Below are positions 55,547 to 64,000 of a DNA stretch of 64,000 nt, one piece after another. Source of the DNA: a virus (taxonomy: Duplodnaviria; Caudoviricetes); IMG/VR virus record IMGVR_UViG_3300028025_000089. One strand, 5' to 3'. The number at the start of each line of letters is the position of its first letter. Position 1 is the first letter of the stretch. The translations under genes and the position numbers were made by a program. The notes under the pieces were generated by a model. It saw only the letters and a list, made by a program, of their open reading frames with translations, had not been told where the DNA came from and did no database searches.

Positions 55547-57916
55547 ATGGCTTACCAAAATATAAATCAATATAATTATCAAAAGTTAAAAATGCAAGTC
55601 ATTTATGACGGGCAAGATATGTCATTGGCTTCTGATGAGGTTGATTTTAACCAAGAAGTTGTGTTCTCACCCTTTTTAATTGCAATTGATAATGGAAAAA
55701 AACTTCCAATCTCGTTGAATCTTAATAGTCCATTAACAACACAAAACTTGAATTTAACGTATGGAGTTTATAATCCAAACAACGTTATTGTTTCTGAAAA
55801 TTTTTATCAACCCGACGATTTAAACTTAAATTGTTTTAGTGCAAATTCAACATGTGATATTGGATTAACAGGTATTGATAATGGATTGGTCACAAAAATA
55901 AAGGGTGATGACTTGTATTATACCAATGGTTTATTTAACGACATAGAAAAATTTGATAGATTATATTATGACAGACGTATGAAGTTTATTCAAACAACGA
56001 CAAACGTTCCTGATAATAATAAATTTTCGGGCATAACTGATTACACATATTATCAAATGGTTTCAAAAACAAGTCCAATATTTGGTAGATACGTTGAGTT
56101 ATATGGTGGATTTTATCAGGGGTTTTATAAGTTGTTTGGTTATGACTATGATATATTACCCGAAAGAATGAATAAAGGTTGGTCGGTTGAAATGTTGTTA
56201 AAACCTAGATTCATCGACGAATTTGCACCTCCATCGGGTTATACAACTTTAAATCAAATTTACCCTAATAATAAGAATACATTTTTTTATATGGGGGCAA
56301 GAGCCGAAAACAAATTTTATCATTATGCCGATGGTTCCCCAAAATGTGAACCAAGTTATGTTAGAATTACTTCGGGTTTAACAAAAGAAGAAACTTGTGC
56401 TTGTTGTAATTATGAAATTAAAAATAGTAGATGTATATACGTTTATCCACCAAGACCAAAAGGTGGTGTTTATGATCCACATGTAAATTATGGTTGTAAT
56501 TTATGTAAAGGTGATGATAATCAAAAAATTACTTGCGGATGTAAATGTTATGAATCTCCGTGTGAGACTTGTGGTTGGATGTGTTTTGATCATAAATGTA
56601 ATTCCATAATCGTTCCAACACCAACACCCACACCAACCCCATCACCAACGGTTCCTTGTGATACTTATCCTCAAATAATTCAATGCACCGTAACTCCTTC
56701 ATGTTGCACATCTTGTCAATCTTGTGGTTGTGATGTTTGTGGATGTCCTCCGAAATCGGCATCAACAACTTTTTCATCTGTGGAAGATACTTGTGAAAAA
56801 GATCCCAAGTTTGATGCGTTGTCTAATAACATATCTTTTAGATTGTGTGGTGATCCACAAAATCCTGGTATTGGTGTTCGAGCAATTAAAATCACGGGTG
56901 ATTGTATTACAACAGGAGAATGTATTACAGGTCAAACTTATGTGACAGGATACACCATAGTTGATATTTGCACCCCACCAATATATCCATATTGTTTAGA
57001 AGTTAATCCTGATTGGTTAGACGTAGAACATTGGTTTTTACTAAATGTGGTTTGGGAAAGATATACTTATTGGGATTATTGTGATTTAAGATGGTTCGGA
57101 GGTTTAGATGATATTACAAGAGTCGAATACCTTCAAAGTTTAGCAAACAATGCGGTGTCTTTAATTGGTCCACCATATACAAATGGTTATGAAGTTCCAG
57201 GTCAAATAGAAATTGTCCAGTTAAATCAAAGATGGTTAGACGACACCAAGTTTAGAATGGGTCGATTGAAGATTTATATAAATGGTCGAATATTCTATAC
57301 AATAGAAGACTTTGAAGAAGTTATACCTCGAGCGTTAGATACTGACAAAGAAAAACAAGTTGGAGTTCCTTTCAACATGTCATGGGGAGGTGGAACTCAA
57401 GGTCTTCACGAAAATCTAACATTAAACTTTTGTAATATATGGAATTACTCTGCTGGTAGTGTGACCACAAATATTTTATATGTCGATTGTAATGGAAATC
57501 CTGCAAGTTTAACCGGTTTAACAAATACGACTGGAAGTATAATAGTTGATAAAAATAACACACCAACAATAACAGTTCCTGATACTAATAATGCAGTTAG
57601 TTTTAGTGGCAATTACCATTTAAAAAGTGATGACTATAATCAAGATCCTGAATGTTTTCCTGAAAATATTTTAAGTGCGACTACCTTAAACAAACTTAAA
57701 ACACATATACTATTAGAAGAAAACTTTGCAGGAACTTTCGATGGGGCAATTTCACAGTTTAGATTTTATACAGAACCATTATCATCACCTGAAGTAAAAC
57801 ATAATTTCAAATTACTAAGAGACACATTTTATATGTTTGATCCTGATTGTCCAAATTGTGACTTGGCATCTTGTCTTCCAAATGATTTTACATACACTAT
57901 AATTAATAACGAATAA
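55547..57916 (+). CDS. virion structural protein with a LamG/concanavalin-like fold and a Cys-rich insert
   Basis: 789 aa; Cys-rich segment with a short PTPTP tract; C-terminal F.GAISQFRFY. Confidence 0.6.
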   Translation: MAYQNINQYNYQKLKMQVIYDGQDMSLASDEVDFNQEVVFSPFLIAIDNGKKLPISLNLNSPLTTQNLNLTYGVYNPNNVIVSENFYQPDDLNLNCFSANSTCDIGLTGIDNGLVTKIKGDDLYYTNGLFNDIEKFDRLYYDRRMKFIQTTTNVPDNNKFSGITDYTYYQMVSKTSPIFGRYVELYGGFYQGFYKLFGYDYDILPERMNKGWSVEMLLKPRFIDEFAPPSGYTTLNQIYPNNKNTFFYMGARAENKFYHYADGSPKCEPSYVRITSGLTKEETCACCNYEIKNSRCIYVYPPRPKGGVYDPHVNYGCNLCKGDDNQKITCGCKCYESPCETCGWMCFDHKCNSIIVPTPTPTPTPSPTVPCDTYPQIIQCTVTPSCCTSCQSCGCDVCGCPPKSASTTFSSVEDTCEKDPKFDALSNNISFRLCGDPQNPGIGVRAIKITGDCITTGECITGQTYVTGYTIVDICTPPIYPYCLEVNPDWLDVEHWFLLNVVWERYTYWDYCDLRWFGGLDDITRVEYLQSLANNAVSLIGPPYTNGYEVPGQIEIVQLNQRWLDDTKFRMGRLKIYINGRIFYTIEDFEEVIPRALDTDKEKQVGVPFNMSWGGGTQGLHENLTLNFCNIWNYSAGSVTTNILYVDCNGNPASLTGLTNTTGSIIVDKNNTPTITVPDTNNAVSFSGNYHLKSDDYNQDPECFPENILSATTLNKLKTHILLEENFAGTFDGAISQFRFYTEPLSSPEVKHNFKLLRDTFYMFDPDCPNCDLASCLPNDFTYTIINNE

Positions 57917-59446
57917 ATGAGTCAGAGTATTGTAATCCAAAGTGTTTTTTATGATGGTGAATTGGCGGAAGTCTTATTCAAACCGGATAATGATGATGTT
58001 GTATTAAATTTTGGTCAAATAACTTTACCATTTTTATTTGAGCCATATTTACTAATCCCTGTAAGAGAAATTTATGGAACGTATACCATAAAACCAATTG
58101 ATTCATCTTGTCCTTATTTTTTAAATGTTCCTCGACCAACACCAACACCGACACCAACTATAACCCCAACAAAAACACCTACATCGACTCCGACACCTAC
58201 GCCAACACCTACACCAACATTTAACCCATGCTTATCGTCAACACCTTTACCAACACCTACTAAAACACCAACACCTACTATAACTCCGACCAGAACAAAC
58301 ACACCAACACCTACTTTAACACCAACATATACACCAACAACTACTTTAACACCAACAACCACGCCAACTATAACTCCAAGTCCTTCACCATCCGATTTAA
58401 TTGTTACAATTCATGTTAATGTAGTTCCTGGATCAATAGTAATTCAATCATTAGTCAACTATAACATTACTTTAGATTGTGATAGTTGTGTGGAATACAA
58501 TTGTGTTTTAGGAATGAATAATGGAACTAGAATGGTAATACCAAAATCAACTGATGTCTCATCAGGATCAACAACGGGATATAGTGAAACACATATTAGT
58601 GAAGATTATAGTATGTTGGATGGAAATGTATGGATAACTTCAGCTGAAGTTTCGGGTTATACAGGAAGTGTAAGCTATGATGTTGTTATTATAACAGATG
58701 TTACACCTACACCAACACCTACACCAACTCAAACACCTACACCAACGGCAAGTGTGGGTCTCACACCAACTATAACTCCTACATATACGTCTACGCCAAC
58801 TGTAACCCCAACTTATACAATTACACCAACTCAAACGCTAACAAATACTTCTATACCAACGCAAACACCGACAAATACTACTACTCAAACTCCAACGTAT
58901 ACACCAACGCCAACTCAAACTAATACGCCTACAGAAACTAACACACCAACACCGACACCTACAGAAACTAATACTCCAACGCCAACACAAACTAATACAC
59001 CGACACCGACACAAACAGAAACACCTACCAATACACCAACACCTACTAATACACCGACATATACACCAACACCAACTCAAACTAACACACCTACACCTAC
59101 GTCATCAGCATCTAACGCACCTACGTTATACTTTGGTAAATTACAAACACCTGACTTTACCGCAGGTCAAGAAACACAATTAAATAACATTCAGTCATTT
59201 AATTCAACAGATATTCATATTCCAATAGTCACTGGTAGTGGTTATGGATACTTGTTAATTCCATCATATATGAACCAACCATCACTTATGAGAAATAGTT
59301 CTGAAGGATGTGCTGGATTTGTTGTTCCAATTATTTCAAAACCTGACGTAACTATCCCTGACATTTTTGGCAACTCCACTATTTATAAAGTATATAGAAC
59401 CTATGTCTCTACTCACGCTGAGGTTGACTTGTGGTTATGTGTATAA
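57917..59446 (+). CDS. virion protein with two long Pro/Thr (mucin-like) tracts
   Basis: 509 aa; (TP)n tracts at about 58135-58390 and 58702-59100. Confidence 0.75.
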   Translation: MSQSIVIQSVFYDGELAEVLFKPDNDDVVLNFGQITLPFLFEPYLLIPVREIYGTYTIKPIDSSCPYFLNVPRPTPTPTPTITPTKTPTSTPTPTPTPTPTFNPCLSSTPLPTPTKTPTPTITPTRTNTPTPTLTPTYTPTTTLTPTTTPTITPSPSPSDLIVTIHVNVVPGSIVIQSLVNYNITLDCDSCVEYNCVLGMNNGTRMVIPKSTDVSSGSTTGYSETHISEDYSMLDGNVWITSAEVSGYTGSVSYDVVIITDVTPTPTPTPTQTPTPTASVGLTPTITPTYTSTPTVTPTYTITPTQTLTNTSIPTQTPTNTTTQTPTYTPTPTQTNTPTETNTPTPTPTETNTPTPTQTNTPTPTQTETPTNTPTPTNTPTYTPTPTQTNTPTPTSSASNAPTLYFGKLQTPDFTAGQETQLNNIQSFNSTDIHIPIVTGSGYGYLLIPSYMNQPSLMRNSSEGCAGFVVPIISKPDVTIPDIFGNSTIYKVYRTYVSTHAEVDLWLCV

Positions 59447-59472
59447 TATTTTATGAATTAAAACTAAATTAA

Positions 59473-60969
59473 ATGGCCGATTTTAGTAGTGTCGGTGGGG
59501 TTGGAATCATGGGTTTCATCTCCCCGATGGATACAAGAGATACGTATGCAGTTATTGATCCTTTATACGGGATTGATGGTATTAGAAACGTTGGGAGTGT
59601 AGAAGATCTTAGTGGGATTTCTTACGATCGTAGAAGATCGGGAATGATCGTAGGTATAGAAGGGGGAACACGGTATTTTAAACTAAAAGATGTTATTTGG
59701 TCTTTTGATATTAGTGATTGGGAAGAAATTTTCTTATACACAATTCCTCAATCGGCAATCACAACAAACAATATTACAGGAGGAACTGTAGATTACTCAA
59801 CTCAAACTTTAACTCTTACAACAAGTTCGGGTGATACAATTACGATTACAGGTATCACTGACACCTACATTACAGGAGGAACATATAACCAAGAAGATTC
59901 GACTTTAGAATTAATAAGTAATTACGGAACAAGTGTTGAAATTACTGGATTTTCGCAGTCAGTTAGTGTTTCGGCAAATACAGGGTTAGGTGTTGATTCA
60001 GGTTTTTTATATACAACATATAATACCCTTTTAGACCCTTCATTAGAAATGGCATCCACAATCGGAGGTCTTACGGCAGGAACATCAGTTTCAAATTTAT
60101 CAGGAAAAACAATTGTGTCAATTTTTGACGACATGCTTTTTCCAACTCAACAACCAACATATACAATACCAACAATTTCTATAAGTAATAATAACGCAAC
60201 AATAGAAGTTGGTTCAACATATAATAATACTTTAACGGCAACCGCAACTAAAAATACCGCAGGAAATTTCACATATTTAGAAATAATAAGAAACGGATCA
60301 ACGTCACTAACTTCAACCACTTCACCATTATCGGCAGTAACCACAAGTTTACCAAGTCAATATGGATATAGTGATCCAAATAATCCGAATTATAATTTTA
60401 CATTAACTTATAATGAAAGTTATGTGATACCAACAGGAGTAACAAGTTCATCAACAACATATAAAGCAAGAGGTAACTACAATAGTGGTTTACCAAAAAA
60501 TACAAACAAGGGGGTTAGTGATACAAGACCCGCACAAATTAGATCAACCAACGCACCTCAAGCAAGTTCAACATCTTTTGATTCATCATTAAAAACTATA
60601 ACGGGAATATTTCCTTATTATTATGGTAAAATGAATGTTGAACCAACAATCGAATCAGTTAGAGAATCAATTTTAAATGGAACTGCAAGTAAAGTTTTAT
60701 CAAGTGCTTCAGGAAATCTTCAAATAACTTTTAACGCATCAACCGAATTTTTATGGTTTGCACATTTGGCATCTTATGGGTTAAAAACTCAATGGTATGT
60801 GGCGGCGGATAATAAAGGTCTAATGTCTAATTCAAGTTTGTTTGATACAGGTGCAAATGGTCTTGTTAGTAGTGAATTAGGTTTTTGGTCAAACGCAAAT
60901 TTTTATATTTATTTAGGAAATTACAAAACGACACTAAACACAATAACTTTGGGTAACGGATTATTTTAA
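59473..60969 (+). CDS. putative tail/fibre structural protein
   Basis: 498 aa, Thr/Ser/Gly-rich with ITGGT repeats. Confidence 0.65.
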   Translation: MADFSSVGGVGIMGFISPMDTRDTYAVIDPLYGIDGIRNVGSVEDLSGISYDRRRSGMIVGIEGGTRYFKLKDVIWSFDISDWEEIFLYTIPQSAITTNNITGGTVDYSTQTLTLTTSSGDTITITGITDTYITGGTYNQEDSTLELISNYGTSVEITGFSQSVSVSANTGLGVDSGFLYTTYNTLLDPSLEMASTIGGLTAGTSVSNLSGKTIVSIFDDMLFPTQQPTYTIPTISISNNNATIEVGSTYNNTLTATATKNTAGNFTYLEIIRNGSTSLTSTTSPLSAVTTSLPSQYGYSDPNNPNYNFTLTYNESYVIPTGVTSSSTTYKARGNYNSGLPKNTNKGVSDTRPAQIRSTNAPQASSTSFDSSLKTITGIFPYYYGKMNVEPTIESVRESILNGTASKVLSSASGNLQITFNASTEFLWFAHLASYGLKTQWYVAADNKGLMSNSSLFDTGANGLVSSELGFWSNANFYIYLGNYKTTLNTITLGNGLF

Positions 60970-60972
60970 GAC

Positions 60973-61698
60973 ATGGCAATATTAATTAATGATAATTTAA
61001 ATCCACTAGCACCCAAGATCTTAGATAACAGGTTTGGACCTTATACCTCGACCACTGAGGCGAACCTTTCGATTGATTTAGCGTTTAGAGTAGTTGGTTT
61101 AACTGTCGGTGTATTGTCTGGTAACACAACCTATTCAGGTGGTCGTTATGTTTCAGCATCTGAAGGTATTGTTGAATATTGGTATTACACAGGAATTACC
61201 GATTCTGATTTAGTTTTAAAATCCGATTGCACCGCTCAGTGTGGAGATCCAAATTTCGTTGATAAAGAAGTTTTATATCCTGTTGATGGTGTAAATAAAA
61301 TATTCACATTACGATATACGCCTGAATATAATTCTCAAGACATATATTATAATGGACTTTTACAAAAAGAAGGTCTTGATGCCGATTACACAATTGTTGG
61401 AAGAACAATAGAGTTTAATGTTGCACCATTTGCAAATAGTAGATTATTAGCGTCATATAGAACATACTCTGAAATTAACTTTGTTGATAATGAAACACCT
61501 ATGGGTGTAGTTGATGGAGTGAATACCATATTTGAATTGTCTATTACACCAATTGAGGGTAGTGACCACCTGTATTTAAATGGTTTATTACAAGACGAAG
61601 GTCTTATGTTTGACTACGATCTTACGGGTAGAATAATAACATTTAATATTGCACCACCAATCGGTAGTATAATATTATGTTCATACAGATTTAATTAA
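60973..61698 (+). CDS. fibre-associated protein with two tandem ~70-aa repeats
   Basis: FVD.E....VDGVN.IF.L..TP......Y.NGLLQ.EG...DY...GR.I.FN.AP occurs twice. Confidence 0.7.
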   Translation: MAILINDNLNPLAPKILDNRFGPYTSTTEANLSIDLAFRVVGLTVGVLSGNTTYSGGRYVSASEGIVEYWYYTGITDSDLVLKSDCTAQCGDPNFVDKEVLYPVDGVNKIFTLRYTPEYNSQDIYYNGLLQKEGLDADYTIVGRTIEFNVAPFANSRLLASYRTYSEINFVDNETPMGVVDGVNTIFELSITPIEGSDHLYLNGLLQDEGLMFDYDLTGRIITFNIAPPIGSIILCSYRFN

Positions 61699-61766
61699 AA
61701 AAAAGTAAAGATTACTTAAATAAAGGAAAAAAATAACATATTTATAAAAAGAACAAAAAATTAAAA

Positions 61767-62000
61767 ATGGAACAAGAAGAAAAATATACAACAAGTGACC
61801 TATATTTGGGAGCTTATTTGAAATTGAAGGGGTTTAAAATGATTGTTGAAAAACAAAGAAATAAGGCAATTTTTGTGTTTGAAAAAACAGAAGAATTACA
61901 AAAAGAAGTTAATAACTATTTGAATGAAAGTGGTTCTTGTGAACCTCTTTTATATACAAATTCAATTAAGAATTTAAAAAATTTATTATATAATTTGTAA
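61767..62000 (+). CDS. small putative DNA-binding protein (DUF5659-like)
   Basis: YTTSDLYLGAYLKLKGF pattern. Confidence 0.55.
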   Translation: MEQEEKYTTSDLYLGAYLKLKGFKMIVEKQRNKAIFVFEKTEELQKEVNNYLNESGSCEPLLYTNSIKNLKNLLYNL

Positions 62001-62230
62001 AATTTTTGAATTTTTCAAATTTATGAAATATTTATATGTAGATCAAAGTCTTATCTAGACGATTATTAATATTCTTATTTATCCTTTTATTTAAATTTAT
62101 AAACGTATTAAGTGAACAATCCACTCGAGGTTGTTCAGGTCTAAATTTGTATGCGTCATCAAAACATAAAATTTGAGTTGAATTTTATGGTGTGAAAGAA
62201 CATTTAAAGTATAAAAAATAATTTTTTTTT

Positions 62231-64000
62231 ATGGCTACTACTAAAATAGTTTTAGACTTACAATCGGATTTGTTGTTAACTAATGCACAAATCTATAACC
62301 CAACAGGTATTGAAGCCGCTAACATCGAGTATGGTGTAGGTAACGTTGCCGATGAGTTAATCAATTTATCAACCGCAGACTCAGTTGAAGAGGCTGCAAG
62401 AATCTCTGGTGATAATTCAGTTGCCGCTAACTTATCAACTGAAGTTGTTAACAGATCAACTGCTGTATCTACTGAAGCATCTTTAAGAGTTTCTGGTGAT
62501 TTATCATTGGATAATGCGTTAGATGCTGAAGAATCTGCAAGAATCTCAGGTGACTTATCTTTAACAACAAGAGTATCTAATGAAGAAGTTGTAAGAGCAT
62601 CTGCCGATACATCTATCGTTAATTATGTTGACGCTGAAGTAACTACATTAGAAAATGCTGACGCATCTTTAACAACAAGAGTATCTAATGAAGAAGTTGT
62701 AAGAGCATCTGCTGACGCATCTATCGTTGCGACTATCTCAGCTAACAATTCTGCAGATCAATCATTAGCAACTAGATTATCTCAAGAAGAATCTAACAGA
62801 GCATCTGCCGATACATCTATCGTTAATTATGTTGACGCTGAAGTAACTACATTAGAAAATGCTGACGCATCTTTAACAACAAGAGTATCTAATGAAGAAG
62901 TTGTAAGAGCATCTGCCGATACATCTATCGTTAATTATTTAGATGCTGAAGTTTCTGCTGAAGAGTCTGCAAGAATCGCTGGTGACGCATCTTTAACAAC
63001 AAGAGTATCTACTGAAGAGGCTAACAGAGCATCTGCTGATACATCTATTGTTAACTACGTTGATGGTGAAGTATTATCTATTGATTCTGCTTTATCTTCT
63101 GAAACTTCATCAAGAGTATCAGGTGACGCATCTTTAACAACAAGAGTATCGACTGAAGAATCTACAAGAACTTCTGCTGACACATCTATCGTTACTTATT
63201 TAGACGCTGAAATCGCTGATGAGGCATCTGTAAGAGCATCTGCTGACGCATCTATCGTTGCGACTATCTCAGCTAACAATTCTGCAGATCAATCATTAGC
63301 AACTAGATTATCTCAAGAAGAATCTAACAGAGCATCTGCAGACGCATCTATCGTTACTTACTTAGACGCTGAAGTTTCTGCTGAAGAATCTGCAAGAATC
63401 TCAGGTGATGCATCTTTAACAACAAGAGTATCTACTGAAGAATCTGCAAGAACTTCTGCTGACGCATCTATCGTTACAAGTTTAGATTCTGAAATCACCG
63501 CAAGACAATCTGAGGATTTAGTATTATACAACACTTTTAGTTCAGAAGATTCTATCGAAAAAGCGGCTAGAGAATCTGCAGACGCTTCTATCGTGACTTA
63601 TGTTGACGCTGCTGATGCTAGTCTACAAGACGCGATCAATGCTGAAGCAACTGCGAGATCAAATGCTGACGCCTCTATCAACACAAGAGTATCTACTGAA
63701 GAATCTGCAAGAGCGGCTGCTGACGCATCTATCGTTACTTATTTAGATGCTGAAGTTTCTACTGAAGAATCTGCAAGAATCGCAGGTGATGCATCATTGA
63801 CTACAAGAGTATCAACTGAAGAATCTGTAAGAGCTTCTGCTGACGCATCTATCGTTGCGACTATCTCAGCTAACAATTCTGCAGATCAATCATTGGCAAC
63901 TAGATTATCTCAAGAAGAATCTAATAGAGCATCTGCCGATACATCTATCGTTACTTACTTAGACGCTGAAATCGCTGATGAAGCATCTGTAAGAGCATCT
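62231..64000 (+). CDS. long coiled-coil repeat fibre protein, truncated at the window end (not in ORF track)
   Basis: ATG at 62231, open to 64000 (590 codons): MATTKIVLDLQSDLLL... followed by shuffled SLTTRVSTEESARxxxD repeats; capsid-like C-ending codon bias. Confidence 0.9.
   Translation, partial: MATTKIVLDLQSDLLLTNAQIYNPTGIEAANIEYGVGNVADELINLSTADSVEEAARISGDNSVAANLSTEVVNRSTAVSTEASLRVSGDLSLDNALDAEESARISGDLSLTTRVSNEEVVRASADTSIVNYVDAEVTTLENADASLTTRVSNEEVVRASADASIVATISANNSADQSLATRLSQEESNRASADTSIVNYVDAEVTTLENADASLTTRVSNEEVVRASADTSIVNYLDAEVSAEESARIAGDASLTTRVSTEEANRASADTSIVNYVDGEVLSIDSALSSETSSRVSGDASLTTRVSTEESTRTSADTSIVTYLDAEIADEASVRASADASIVATISANNSADQSLATRLSQEESNRASADASIVTYLDAEVSAEESARISGDASLTTRVSTEESARTSADASIVTSLDSEITARQSEDLVLYNTFSSEDSIEKAARESADASIVTYVDAADASLQDAINAEATARSNADASINTRVSTEESARAAADASIVTYLDAEVSTEESARIAGDASLTTRVSTEESVRASADASIVATISANNSADQSLATRLSQEESNRASADTSIVTYLDAEIADEASVRAS
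62560..64000 (+). repeat. modular in-frame direct repeats within the fibre gene
   Basis: A ~90-bp block GCATCTATCGTTGCGACTATCTCAGCTAACAATTCTGCAGATCAATCATT... at about 62717, 63248 and 63845; many TCTTTAACAACAAGAGTATC units. Confidence 0.9.

Noticed and set aside
16144-58834. Gly/Val-, Ser- or Cys/Arg-rich antisense ORFs (e.g. 16144, 20468, 58114, 58640)
   Set aside because: They are reverse-frame by-products of Pro/Thr or Pro/Glu low-complexity coding tracts.
62560-64000. Diversity-generating retroelement template/variable repeat pair
   Set aside because: Differences between copies are not adenine-specific, and no reverse transcriptase is in the window.
1-64000. Stop-codon reassignment (code 15 or 4), common in some large phages
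   Set aside because: Core genes are full length and densely packed under code 11, and no suppressor tRNA (CTA/TCA) is seen.
62231-64000. Bacteroidota D-(S/T)-x O-glycosylation sequons in the fibre repeats
   Set aside because: That system acts on exported proteins, most repeats read DAS or DTS rather than the core sequon, and the fibre has no signal peptide.

Overview
This AT-rich window comes from a large T4-like tailed phage (jumbo/huge-phage type). Its host is very probably a Bacteroidota: there are at least eight TAnnTTTG promoters, five with (T)TTG 19-20 nt upstream, no obvious Shine-Dalgarno use, and a Bacteroidota-type bS21. Layout: (i) 1-1.7 kb, a tRNA array with five normal tRNAs (fMet, Ile-UAU, Gly, Glu, Asp), three aberrant tRNA-like RNAs and candidate structured spacer RNAs. 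(ii) 2.4-6.4 kb, cell-envelope/lysis genes: OmpA-like protein, holin, TM-GAF protein, DenV-like glycosylase and M15 peptidase. (iii) 6.7-8.8 kb, a ~0.9 kb highly structured GOLLD-like ncRNA, a free-standing His-Me endonuclease and a tmRNA with an atypical tag. (iv) 9-16 kb, an M28-like peptidase, an N-domain-less ClpC with a divergent double-UVR partner, a KTSC protein and a nucleotidyltransferase. (v) 16-29 kb, the head module (terminase, portal, prohead protease, scaffold, major capsid) with an antisense ribosomal protein bS21. (vi) 29-39 kb, structural/baseplate genes and a sigma-like factor. (vii) 39-53 kb, a large glycosylation cluster (gmd, DegT, acetyl- and methyltransferases, GT2/GT4/GT11/GT25) plus phoH, dut and a 3'-5' exonuclease. 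(viii) 53-64 kb, a WYL protein and virion fibre genes, ending in an unannotated, truncated coiled-coil repeat ORF (62231 to window end). All protein and RNA family calls come from motif recognition by eye. No database search or folding computation was run.
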